A stretch of DNA of 64,000 bases from Aplysia californica (taxonomy: Eukaryota), in the NCBI RefSeq assembly GCF_000002075.1, contig NW_004797660.1, positions 389,071 through 453,070 on the forward strand. Reading direction: 5' to 3'. The notes beneath the pieces are model-generated. The model saw only the letters and a list, made by a program, of their open reading frames with translations, did not search any database and was not told the DNA's origin. Shown here piece after piece: positions 49,301 through 59,026 of this stretch (position 1 is the stretch's first letter; each line of letters starts with the position of its first letter). The translations under genes and the position numbers were made by a program.

Positions 49301-52300
49301 TCTCTGTTTCAAAGACATGATCTGTCTTTAAACTTTTTCAGAAGATAGTATACTCTTTGTTTGCTTAATTTTATTTTGTTTTTGTATGAATAATTTTCTG
49401 AACATAGCATCGATGACTGGCAACTTTCATAAAAGGCAGCTTCATTCCCATTATCGTCATGTTGTCAGCATGTTTCAAGTCACTTGTCAAGGAAAATTGC
49501 AGAATAATGTTCCAAACAGGATGTTCCCTGATTAAGACTAAGATCCTTTTCCATGAGGATGTTTAATATATAACTTCCTTTTTACTCCCAATTGAATACT
49601 GGGACACTGATTGACATACAGTACTCATTTAAGAAATAGTGATTAACAAGTCGCATGTGTACTTGTAATCACTGGTTTCTTGGGAAATGACGACCATCTT
49701 TGAAGTATGTAAAAAAGCAATGGGCATTGCATTTTCATATTCATTTCAAAGGTACTGTGATTAGCTTCCTTGCTCCAGTTGCAATCTTCCTACTTAGCAA
49801 AGATCAGTGGGCCTAGATCTTCCTTTATTCATTTTAGTTCATCTGGAGGCATTTCAAAGTTGAAACGTCTCAAATGCAAAAAATATAAATGATTTCACAC
49901 TTTTTAAAAAAGTAACCTTTATAGAAATAATATAAAAAATATAATTAATTTAACTAGCCAGGTGAATGTAGTGTAGAAGCATCTAGATCTATATAAAATC
50001 AAAGCCAATCTCCAAGGTTTTCCTTCATGAGTAAAAAAAATTCTTTTTTCAAACAGAGAATTAACTGAGTAATGCAGTTTCAAGAAAGAAAGAAGAACTA
50101 TTAAAATACTAAAAGTTACTCAATCAAATACTCTTGCAAGTATCATAGCTCCAACTGGCCAACTGTTCGTAATGATATGTGTCACGACACAGTGGAATCA
50201 GGCACCCATCAATTTTTGAGCATGTGGGGTTATTGGTATCATCTGAAAGCTGATTTATTTGCCTTGCTTCCATTGAAATAAACATCTATTTATCTTGAAT
50301 AGAACTCGAGACATCTGCATTTGAATGAAGTGGGGTTGCCTGTTTTCAGAGGTGAAATTAGCGAAAAAATGGCCACCAAATTTTGGTTACTCCAACAGCT
50401 AAAGAGTCTTTGAAATCTGAAAAATGACATATTTTGTGCCTTTAATCAATGTTTTTCCAGTAAAATTCACATGTAAATGTGATGTTATATGGACATAAAA
50501 GAATTTAAGCCAAAAAATATCCAAACTGGAGGAAAAATGCCTGATTTTGTTAGTTTGACAAGCACCTGATTCCATCCTACTGCCTCACATATAAGTATGT
50601 ACATGATCGATACAGCAATAAAGTCTAAGAGAAAGAAGCCAGTCATGTGAAATGCTGAACTGCAGGCAGCCATAACAGTACTTTCAGTTCTTTTTTTATT
50701 TAGTAAAAGCTTTAGGGCACTTGCAACACAATTTACATTACATAATTGCAGAAGATTCAAGGGGCTACAAGAGAGTAACATGCATAAAAAAAAGGAGAAA
50801 TAAGGACGATAAAAGTTTGATAGGAAAGAAGGAGCAAACCACACCATAGCATTCGCCAACAACCCACATCAAAGATATGTATTCATTAAATAAACAAATA
50901 CTGAGTACTATATAACAAAAACTGGAGCCTACCGTGTCATGTGTTTCAGAGAGAGAGCAATGGCGTACTCAGCGACAACAGTTTTGCCGGCTGAGGTGTG
51001 CGCTGCCACAAACACACTGTCATGACTCTCTAGCCGGAGAATTGCCTGTTTCTGGAAGATATCTGGTTCAAAAGGCCACTGAAAATAAAGCATACAGGGA
51101 TGAAAAGGTTTTCTTTTTTAAATAAAACAAAGGGAATTCTATGACAGTACGGGAGAGAGACAAATATGATACACCTTTAAAAACATATGTTTTCGGGAAA
51201 GAGGAAAGGGAAGGGAAGGAAATAATGTGAGATAATTTAGAGAATAATTGAGAGAAAGGACCCCACAGAATATTATAAGGTAGCATGCCGGCAGGGAGAA
51301 AAGTTGAACTACAATTGTCAATACTAGCAACTAGCTGTTGGTGCAAACTTCATACTGACTCATACTTGGCAACACCAGAGTAACAACTTTTACACTACAT
51401 CGTGAGGCAATGTGGTATGGCATAATATGATTTAATGCATCTAGGTCATCACCAACAGAGCTAGAACATCATCCTAAGCAGATGTTAAGGAGGAGGTATG
51501 AGGTACGAGATTGGTACTGGGGTATAAAGAGATTTGTACTGAGGTACAAGTCTGTTACCTTGTAAGCCATGTTGGGTATTCTCTTGTAGAAATCATGAAC
51601 TGGGGAGCTGATGTCCACTTTCACAGCCCATTCCTCCTTGGGTGGAGCAGCTTTTTTCTTCACTGGTTGTTCCTCAGATTGCGTCTTTGGTGGGGCCTGA
51701 TCACTTGGCTGTATAAAGAGAACATTACTTGTTGGACACCTCTCCAGTAAGCAACAAATCTAAACACCAGCATATTGGCTTGATAAAGTCCAGTTGAAGA
51801 TGAATATGAGCACTAATTGCACGCAATGAAAGTCACAAGTGTCAAATTCCACAAGATATACAATCACATATTATTTGGACACTGAACAGCTATGGGAGTA
51901 TTGCCCTCTTAAGCATCTTTTAAGTATGGTGAGAAGTTCTTGAAAACTACCTAAACAAACTAACTTCTAAAAATGCTATTTGGAGTTCAAACAAGGTTCA
52001 CAAATGAAAATATGGCAGAAATGTACCAAGTTCCAATATTGTTCCAAAATATAATAAAGTTATATCTCTGAAGTTGGTAAACTACTGAGAAGCTGAGAAA
52101 GAAAAACACAAATCAAGTTATTTGAGCACTTTTTATAAATTGAAAATAGATCACAATTTGAACTGTCCTCACCTGAACTAGGTTCTCCAGACTTTCGCTT
52201 CTGGTTAGTTCGGCTGATATGGTCTGAGAAAATAGGAAGCAGAGTAAATTTATATAAAGAAACAAACATAGTAGAAATAGAGAGGACCATATGCTATTTA

Positions 52301-55300
52301 AAAAGATATCTGCACTTAAACGACAGAGACAAATTAATTTTAGAATAACGTAACCTTAAGAGAAGTAAAAATAAAAACAGGAAAGACTTAAGGTGAGTGA
52401 TCAGACAAACACAAGTTTACCACAGAATTTTACCTGAAGTTAAAAAAGAAAACTCTTTAAACTTAACTCCTTATCTCCTGCAAGCCACTCCCAGCGGCTC
52501 AAGGTCGGAACCGTGTGCTGGTGAGCTGCCGACAGAAACTCAGGTACCTTCATTTACAACGACTTCGAAGTTGTATCAATTTTCAGCAAATTGCTGAAAA
52601 CAGGTCTCTTTTGCCAGGAGTTTTTATATTATATGAAGAACTACCCAAGTAGGCCCATTTGATTTGATTTAATGTATATGTTACTTTTAGGTTCTGTACC
52701 AAAAGAAAGCCCCGACATGGCAGTGGGGGAAAACCCAGTGGACCCCAGCACATACCCGAGTGTGACTATCTGTGTTCTTCTGTGCTCTAAGCAACAGACA
52801 CAGTGCCCACTACGTGGAAGTACAACCTTTCTGATAGCACAAGAACACTAATGAAAAATTAGAAACAGATGCACATGTGAGACATTTACTTTGTTTAACA
52901 TTTCGGCCTCTTTTCCGTCCTTCTTTTTTGTTCAACTACCACACTCATGCTCAACAGAGCAATAGATTCATATTAAAGAAAACCTACAAAATAAAACAAA
53001 AACGTACTTCCTTTGTGTCTAGATCACCATCAACCTTTCCATCCTCATCTTTTTCCTCATCACTGTCACCCAGGTCCAGGTTGTCATCAACAGCCATGAT
53101 GTCTGCCAGATTAATGACAGTCGGGGTATCAGCAGAGTTGGATGGAACAGTTGCTGACTCCGAGGTTGCACTAGAGGCCAAGTGAAGGCCAGATTGGAAG
53201 CCAGGAGGAGTGGTCAAGTATTGATCGGCTGATTGGATTAAAAAGAAAATTGAGTAGATAGATTAGGGCCCTTTTTGTACATTTGAAAATTATAATTCTG
53301 ATGCCACGGCTTGACATTTTAAGAAACACATGTACACACAACAATATATTAAATACTTTTGTGAAATATTAGACAGATGAAACATCAAAGTGTAGAAGCA
53401 GAAACTAATGTCTCAGCAAAAAATGACTATAAACAGGATAACAAAGGGAAATATCTAAGTCTCTTCTAATGTGAATGGCTGTTTCAGAGGAAGAATACTG
53501 CTTGAACTTGTATATGGGTTACTGTAAAGGGTTTTGCTGTCAAGCCAAATTTTTCGACTTTCAGCTTCCAAGGTATTTTTATACTGCGCAATTTGCTGCA
53601 CAATATGCCCAAGAAAACAGATGAGATTTTTAAAAATTTACCAGAGAAGACAAGACACTTAATCCTTTTTATCTTAATTCATAGGTAGGAACTAAAAATT
53701 AAAACAAGTTTCAACATGCCCTCATAGACATGAAACAAATACAAAAAAAATGTCCTTAGGCATAGGACATACCATCCTAAAGCAATGACTTCATTCTTGC
53801 TTCCTCCAAACATACAATTCGCTATAAATAAACATTTACTCTTCCTAATATTTTATCACCAAAATTTTATCCAGGGAAAAAAAAGAAGTCTCACCTTTAC
53901 GCCTCTTTTTACTAAACTAATTAATTGAGGTTTGAAAGCAGCGCCTCTCCATGTCAAGTGTACAGGGGTTTTTAAAAAACCTGTCACACTGGCTACAACT
54001 GAAAATGTGAATCCTCAGTTTATCTAAAATGTTTAAGCTTCTGCAAGAGTCGGGTGCTTGTTGTAGTATAAAAAAAGTTTTTATTATTGCAGCATTACAA
54101 CATCGCAACAGACCATTATCGAGATCTAGCACGGATGGTTTGAGTTCAGTCTCCGTCACTTCCTCCAGAAGTTGGTCAGCTGTGGTGTCCAGACCACCTG
54201 AAAATTAAAAAAAATAAAAAACTAAAGCAATAATACAACAGCAGGGAGGGGGGTAAAAAAAACCTACGTTGAAACTGTCTGAGACAGCCATCCATTTTCG
54301 ATGAGAAAAGTGGCAGTCTTATGCAGATGGTATCTTACCCAGTGTCATTATAATGTGGAAAATACACAAGGGAGGAAATGGGAAAGGGAGGAAATGGGAA
54401 GTGGTTATTTGCACAGGTGATTGTCTTGTACAGGTGTCCAATAAAGCAGGTTCAACTGTATTTTCTACAAAATCCTGAGCAGAATATTATGAAATCAAAC
54501 TTCCAATCGCACTTTAACAAAAACCAGCATTACATAGTGTAACTTGTTGCCTTATAAGCAGTAAAAACATAATGTAAAATGTAATCTGTGGTACGGAAAA
54601 AGCATTGACTTAGATATATAAAATATTACACTATAATTTACAGCTTGTAAAAGAAATGTTTCTTTTGTAATGGGTCTTTCCAATATTTGGTATATGAACT
54701 AACGACTGGAGTAAAGTCACCAAATCAAAGAGAGAAAAGGGGGAGAACATTTTTATCGATTAATCATTCCTAAAAAGAAAAAAAAAGAAACAAAAAATAG
54801 AACAATCAATGCTAATTAACAGCTCTATTTCCTTCAAAGCAATTATGAAAAATGACTGGGCAACATAGACCATCAGACACAAGACTGTCTTAAGTTTCTA
54901 TTTGTAGACTAGTTCCCGTGCACATTTACCTGGCCAAAAAGGGAGGTTTATATTGGAGCCTCGAACATCTTGTTTGCTTCGGGTACTGCCCACATCTGGA
55001 GCTCTCCGCAGAGATAGTGAGTTACGGGATGTCTCGGCACTGTCTGGGATCAGCTCCTGGGAAGAAAAAAGATCCACATGATAAAAATTTGAGTGTGGCT
55101 TTACGAGACAGATTACTCAGCTATTTTTGGACCATCCTACAGGCTCTCAGGAAGTCAGGCAGGTGCAAAACAAAAAAAAGTGTTGGATTGGAATCCACAG
55201 GGTAAAAGATCAAGAGGAAGACCTCCACCATGTGGAACATAGTAAAGAGTCACAGAAATTGATGTACAGAAAAGTGGGAAACATGGAATAGCATCCAGAG

Positions 55301-58300
55301 GCTAACCCAGGATAGGGGAAAGCGGAAAGTGTTTGTTCGTGGCCTATATCGTGATCCAGGGTGATTTGTTTGTTTGAGTAAAGAGAGGCACATCGACACA
55401 GTAGTGACCATTTAGTGCTAGGAAAAAGTAAGACAGACAGACAGAAACAACAGATGGCAAGTAAAGAAGTAGGACCTACCAGTGGCGCTGTCCAACCACC
55501 TGCATCCAGGGTGAGAAAAGCAATGCTGATGACAGCCTCTTAGCCTAAACATAGCCATGACTAAGATAAATGGTTAAACAGCTAAATTAAAGACCAAAAC
55601 ATCACAGTTTTGATTCCGGAGAGTATCTCATCCTATATTTTTTTCAAAAGAAAGACACTTTAAACAACAGTTCATCTTTCCTCTAGCAAAGAGCAAATAA
55701 GGTATAAAGTATTGACCTATCAAGGTAAGAAAACCTGAGACAGGTGTGCTCTCATGTCATCTGCATTGCTTCCCTTTGGTAAAAACAACATGGACTTAAA
55801 GGCTGCGTGGAAAGGAACTGGCCACCCTTTCACAATATGCCGAAGACCAAGGAAGTTGTCTCACTAACAAGACAATCCCCAATGTCTGGATCGGATGCAG
55901 GAATAACTTTACTTTACTTTATTTCAAGTAAAGTATACATCCAAAAGAAAGACAAAAACAACATCTCTTTGAGACCCAGAAGAAACACAAATTTCACCAC
56001 TGAAGAGTGCCAAGGTGTAGAATAGTGAAATCATAGTGCAGAAAGATCTGACCAGTGGTATAACTATGTTTAAAGTTTTAATAACAAGTTTTATGGCACA
56101 TGCAACACAAGAAGGTCATATAAGTGCCAAAGATTTTAAGGTGTTACCAAAGAATAAAAAACACAAAAAAGGAGAGATAAAGATGATAGAGGTTTATTAG
56201 AAAAGACGGAGCAAACCACACTAAAGTACCGGCTAACCACCCACCGTTATAACTACACTTTTTTTTGTCTGTTCACCATGCCCTTCTTCTCAGAGGGCCT
56301 ACCCATATGATCTACCCAACTTGCTCAACTTTCATTTTATGCAAAGTTGATGTTATTTTGAACAGGTGAATTTTTTACTCTTAAAAAGTTGACTTTGGAG
56401 ATTGAAAAGTCACTTGTTTTCAGCTTCATAGTGTTGTTGATTTAAGGTGATTTCCAAAAGTTGATACGAAAAACAGCAATTATACACACACACACACCTC
56501 TGTAAATCCCAGGAGTTTGCCGGTAGTAGGATGTCGTTCCACTTGTATTGTGGTCTTTAAAGGGCAAGTGTCCACATGATAGAGACGTTCGTACCTGGGT
56601 TCTCGAGGGATTAACCTACACAGGAGGGTGGTTTAAAATAGCATATGTGAGGCATCATGGTAAAATCAGGCAATTGTCAAAATAATGAAATCAAAGATTC
56701 AGCATTTGTCTTGCCTTTGGTGGCTTCTACCAAATTTTTTTTTTCACTTAGCACCTTTTATATTTATTTAAAAACACACTTATGTGTGGGTTTTGTTGAA
56801 AGACATTAATTAAAGGCACAAAAAATGTAAATTTGCAGTTTCCACGGAAGTCATCAAACTTTGACAGCTGTTTTCTCGCTAATTTTATCTCTGAAACCAG
56901 GCAACCTCACCTCCTTCAATTGCAAATGTCTTAAACTTCTATTCAAGATATTAGGGTTTTTTTTCATCGAAAACAAAGCAAATGAACAAGCTTTATAATT
57001 ATCAAAATGACTCTATATACTCAAAACTTGACGAGCGCCTGATTCCACCACGTCGTGACTCATACATACATGACATGCACACATATCTTTCCAGTTAACT
57101 CAATAAAAGTTGACAGGATAAAGTAAATGATTCCTATTGGAAAGTGACATGATTCATCTTTTGATGGGGAGGCAAAACTATATGAAATACCATTTTAATG
57201 TAAAGAAGTATAACAGCATACTAACAAACTTGATCAACAGCACATGTCTGATCACTCACATAACAATCAACAATACAGATATTATGACTCCTCTATAGGC
57301 TCTTTTTCTATCTGAAAAACATTCCTGTCTGCCTGCCACAATTCTTCAGTTCTTTGATTTTACTCATTCACTCACTAGTGCAATAATAACAATAAATTAA
57401 TAAATAGCATTTATATAGCACAAATTCCGGCTCAACAGCAAGCGCCATGTGCTTTACATCTAAATTCTATACTATTACCCCAGCAGACCTCGGCATTTAT
57501 ATGACCTAATAGTGTTGCAAGTGCCGTAAAATTCTTAGTAAAACAAAGACCTGATAGCATTCTGAAACAATCTCAACTTCCTGGGAAGCATACAGTGCAA
57601 GCTGCCATTTTGCAGGTACTCAAACACTAACGTACTGACAAGATCGTCCGATGTCTATGGCAGGGTACCTATTCATATCTAGGTGAAGTGAAGAAAGTTC
57701 TTGTCATGTGCCTTTGCCAAAGATGCAACACTGGGCCTGAGCTTCAAACCCACAGACCTGCAACCCCACAATTCCAAGGCGGGTGTATTGCTCTCAAGGC
57801 ACAATCCACGACTTACCTCTGACTCAAAGACAAATCGTGAATGGGCAGAGACTCGGGGTCAATGAGGAACTTTTCAATCTCCTTTTCCAGAGATGGGAGC
57901 ACTGGAGGAAGCCCCACAGGTAGCTGTATGAACAAATTGAGTTTGAGTAAACAGAACAACATCGACACAATAACGGCTTTTTATAGCTGGGAAAAAGCAA
58001 AACACACAGCCAGAAACAATGGAGGCCAAAAAAAAAAAGAAGTAAGACCTATCAATGGTGTCCTCCGATTGACTATTTGAATAAGGAGTATTAAATTTAA
58101 GCTATAGTCAAAGATGTTAAACGGATTTATTAACCTTAAAAAAACCACTTGGACCAACAAAACAAAAGAACAAAAAATATAGTCTAAGCATAAAATATTG
58201 TTTACTCAATAAATGAGCAGAGGAGTACATTTGTATCTTTTTTGTGCATAAAAAAAGAGATACGAAAGAAGTTCTGCAAATGAACAGAATTCACCTTGCT

Positions 58301-59026
58301 TTTATATGTTAACAAAATGCCAGATAAAAAGGTCAAAATATTTTAAAATATATTGCTTTGTGCATTTTTACGGAATGTAAGCGTGAAAAGTCACACACAG
58401 AGAGTAGACCCAAGCACACACACGTCCATGCACGTACACACCCACGCATGCCCCAACGCACGCACTCATATATAAATCAAAAAGTTTTTAAAAATATCAA
58501 AAGCAAATACATGAGCAGCTGAATTGACAGACATGTAAATAATTAGCTAACTTTAATAATCATCTTTTTACGCCAGCTACCTCTATGGTCTACAATTTAC
58601 AAATATACATAGATTGCGCCTCTAGAAGTCACTGCAGCCAAAACACATGAACACACATTTAAATTTAAAATTCGAACAATTAACAATAACTTCCCTAAAA
58701 GTGCGAAACAAATTCTCCAATCTTGAACTAAATTTGAAAGTTTCATCACAAGAAAGGCACTATCTGTCTATAGAAGAAAGAGAAAATGGCTTCTCCCAAA
58801 TTAAGTTTTCAGGACAAAATTTCCATTGTAACAGAAAAGTTGGGTTTATATGAAAACCTGTCTGACACATAGTGTAATAGGAAGGTCTGTTGTCTTTCAT
58901 ATAACAACTCACAGTTACTCCAGGGAATGTCAGCCTTTTAGAGCTCTTATCTGGACCAATTTGCTGTGGCACAAGCTCTAAATGAGAACAACAGCCTGTC
59001 TCCACTAGGTCAAAATGAGTGTCCAT
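19842..59026 (-). CDS. SKIV2L: SKI2 / SKIV2L superkiller-complex DEVH-box RNA helicase, complete CDS of 24 exons, 3777 nt, 1258 aa
   Basis: Motifs AHTSAGKT (Walker A), [49 protein letters not shown]-terminus [12 protein letters not shown]. Ski2-specific N-terminus (LPVGLPP, RHPTTG, PFWPGG) distinguishes it from MTR4. All junctions GT-AG and in phase; accATGG start with an upstream in-frame stop. Confidence 0.96.
20110..20670 (-). repeat. Degenerate tandem array (unit about 40 bp) derived from the SKI2 exon 23 end and its donor
   Basis: About 12 copies of a ccactcaaagacaactt-like motif, some with cctaccatg. Confidence 0.85.
20642..20782 (-). CDS. SKIV2L: SKI2 exon 23 ([14 protein letters not shown])
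   Basis: TAG acceptor, GTAGGT donor. Confidence 0.94.
21550..21840. repeat. GA-rich low-complexity / (GA)n tract (also 22555-22670)
   Basis: Directly visible. Confidence 0.9.
22042..22141. other. Assembly gap (others at 27595-27815, 44858-44957, 46628-46727)
   Basis: Runs of N. Confidence 1.
23541..23870 (+). mobile_element. CORE-type tRNA SINE; related copies at 30490-30890 (-) and 57385-57760 (-)
   Basis: B box gagttcgaaac, CORE-like gtgtccttggaaaaggcacttt...ccaggtggaaatgggta, L2-like tail ending in (att)n. Confidence 0.75.
23874..24210 (-). mobile_element. RTE-clade LINE 3' fragment
   Basis: Decayed peptide [38 protein letters not shown]. Confidence 0.82.
24417..24635 (-). CDS. SKIV2L: SKI2 exon 22 ([18 protein letters not shown])
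   Basis: AAG acceptor, GTAAGT donor. Confidence 0.95.
25073..25246 (-). mobile_element. Short retroposon family B (about 175 bp); copies at 6170-6345(-), 37316-37486(-), 37793-37970(+), 46520-46782(-), 50700-50866(-), 56077-56245(-), tail only at 57490-57548(+)
   Basis: Common start GGGTGGTTGGCG.GTGCT; tail gaccttattgtgttgcaagtgccgtaaaac..ttactaaaac. Confidence 0.75.
25347..25405. repeat. (GACA)n microsatellite
   Basis: Directly visible. Confidence 0.9.
26199..26611. mobile_element. MITE family of about 410 bp (possibly Sola1-like); copies at 34073-35050, 50179-50588, 56647-57061; partial at 36335-36720, 61570-61700 and 62715-62870
   Basis: Imperfect TIRs of about 30 bp containing ggtggaatcaggcgctcgtcaa; flanked by ATAT-like tetramers. 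Confidence 0.8.
26835..26945 (-). CDS. SKIV2L: SKI2 exon 21 ([12 protein letters not shown])
   Basis: CAG acceptor, GTGAG donor. Confidence 0.93.
28282..28492 (-). CDS. SKIV2L: SKI2 exon 20 (QELLRL...CPRCPVF)
   Basis: CAG acceptor, GTGAGT donor. Confidence 0.92.
28640..30279 (-). mobile_element. Longer sister of the 8718-9784 element, 6-bp TSD
   Basis: TIR cagtgctcccac / gtggaagcactg; TSD acagaa on both sides. Confidence 0.87.
31800..31944. mobile_element. 145-bp piggyBac-like MITE
   Basis: Perfect TIR CACTTTGCAGTCAC; TTAA TSD. Confidence 0.85.
32067..32235 (-). CDS. SKIV2L: SKI2 exon 19 (LFLPEG...HPRF)
   Basis: CAG acceptor, GTAAG donor. Confidence 0.9.
32830..33025 (-). CDS. SKIV2L: SKI2 exon 18 (arch domain, LSPGRVL)
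   Basis: CAG acceptor, GTGAGT donor. Confidence 0.9.
33429..33955 (-). mobile_element. Nin/Deu-domain tRNA SINE
   Basis: Full length; TSD tttttacaattt. Confidence 0.9.
34375..34907 (+). mobile_element. Nin/Deu-domain tRNA SINE (best-preserved copy)
   Basis: A box TGGCCTAGAGG, B box GTTCGAATCC, Nin-like core, TSD atggaaatgtgt. Confidence 0.92.
35736..36011 (-). CDS. SKIV2L: SKI2 exon 17 ([17 protein letters not shown]...)
   Basis: CAG acceptor, GTGAG donor. Confidence 0.95.
36995..37225 (-). CDS. SKIV2L: SKI2 exon 16 (helicase motifs V and VI)
   Basis: CAG acceptor, GTACAC donor; [10 protein letters not shown]. Confidence 0.95.
38204..38314 (-). CDS. SKIV2L: SKI2 exon 15 ([16 protein letters not shown])
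   Basis: CAG acceptor, GTAAA donor. Confidence 0.95.
38939..39151 (-). CDS. SKIV2L: SKI2 exon 14 ([11 protein letters not shown]...LPQ)
   Basis: CAG acceptor, GTGAG donor. Confidence 0.94.
39252..39774 (-). mobile_element. Nin/Deu-domain tRNA SINE
   Basis: Full length; TSD approximately ccctgtct. Confidence 0.92.
40429..41957 (+). mobile_element. Non-autonomous DNA transposon with CAGGGTGTCCAGCAA termini and probable 6-bp TSD
   Basis: TIR cagggtgtccagcaa / ttgctggacacaatg; flanks aagaat / aaggat; subterminal tttacgac repeats. Confidence 0.75.
42535..42910 (-). pseudogene. CRE-like non-LTR retrotransposon fragment (restriction-like endonuclease domain)
   Basis: Peptide VWDTTC...[12 protein letters not shown]...FIPVA...GAVGP...FLQKIG...[16 protein letters not shown] fits the recalled CRE RLE C-terminus. 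Confidence 0.8.
43271..43364 (-). CDS. SKIV2L: SKI2 exon 13 ([11 protein letters not shown]...)
   Basis: CAG acceptor, GTAAA donor; phase 2 to 0. Confidence 0.9.
43938..45047 (-). mobile_element. Internally deleted Tigger/pogo element with CENP-B-type HTH remnant (about 44060-44395)
   Basis: TA-flanked TIRs cagtggaaacc...ggtttccactg; peptide KRKSLSIDK...[22 protein letters not shown]...[13 protein letters not shown] with an internal stop. Confidence 0.88.
45141..45287 (-). CDS. SKIV2L: SKI2 exon 12 ([10 protein letters not shown])
   Basis: TAG acceptor, GTAAT donor. Confidence 0.93.
45860..45975. repeat. Tandem repeat of about 45 bp, about 2.5 copies (gcagccctagcattcaaccctgcagaaaccag...)
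   Basis: Directly visible. Confidence 0.75.
46059..46309. mobile_element. piggyBac-like MITE; related diverged copy at about 52465-52740
   Basis: TIR ctctttatctcca / tggagaaaaagag; TTAA on both sides. Confidence 0.8.
46850..47041 (-). CDS. SKIV2L: SKI2 exon 11 (DEVH box, LSAT)
   Basis: CAG acceptor, GTGAGT donor. Confidence 0.95.
47220..47800 (+). mobile_element. Highly decayed RTE-clade LINE internal fragment
   Basis: Stitched peptide [25 protein letters not shown]...[15 protein letters not shown]...Q.QKWEDYF, resembling the EN-RT linker of RTEs. Confidence 0.65.
48038..48841. mobile_element. Non-autonomous TIR element of about 800 bp, superfamily unresolved
   Basis: TIR ggtgaaaggtaccaaaagacgcattt / aaatgcgtcatttggtacctttcccc; diverged relative near 18400-18560. 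Confidence 0.75.
49032..49178 (-). CDS. SKIV2L: SKI2 exon 10 ([14 protein letters not shown]...MTTEILR)
   Basis: TAG acceptor, GTAAGT donor. Confidence 0.95.
50933..51078 (-). CDS. SKIV2L: SKI2 exon 9 (Q motif, Walker A AHTSAGKT)
   Basis: CAG acceptor, GTAGG donor. Confidence 0.95.
51559..51708 (-). CDS. SKIV2L: SKI2 exon 8 (...[21 protein letters not shown])
   Basis: CAG acceptor, GTAAC donor. Confidence 0.9.
52173..52223 (-). CDS. SKIV2L: SKI2 exon 7, 51 nt ([17 protein letters not shown])
   Basis: CAG acceptor, GTGAGG donor; phase 0-0; resembles the recalled vertebrate RASSLEDLV segment. Confidence 0.8.
53008..53228 (-). CDS. SKIV2L: SKI2 exon 6 (YLTTPPGF... acidic linker)
   Basis: CAG acceptor, GTACGT donor. 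Confidence 0.87.
54114..54197 (-). CDS. SKIV2L: SKI2 exon 5 (GGLDTTAD...)
   Basis: CAG acceptor, GTCTGT donor; phase 1-1. Confidence 0.82.
54930..55056 (-). CDS. SKIV2L: SKI2 exon 4 (...SLSLRRAP...PFWP)
   Basis: CAG acceptor, GTAAAT donor. Confidence 0.9.
55145..55530 (+). mobile_element. RTE-clade LINE 3' fragment with a 139-bp insertion (55365-55503)
   Basis: [14 protein letters not shown]...[14 protein letters not shown]; insertion flanked by the direct repeat atccagggtga. Confidence 0.78.
56498..56615 (-). CDS. SKIV2L: SKI2 exon 3 (...[13 protein letters not shown])
   Basis: TAG acceptor, GTGTGT donor, in phase. Confidence 0.9.
57817..57923 (-). CDS. SKIV2L: SKI2 exon 2 ([10 protein letters not shown]...)
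   Basis: CAG acceptor, GTAAGT donor, in phase. Confidence 0.9.
58913..59026 (-). CDS. SKIV2L: SKI2 coding exon 1 ([12 protein letters not shown]...); acceptor at 59064-59065 implies an upstream non-coding exon
   Basis: Kozak-like accATGG, GTGAGT donor. Confidence 0.85.
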
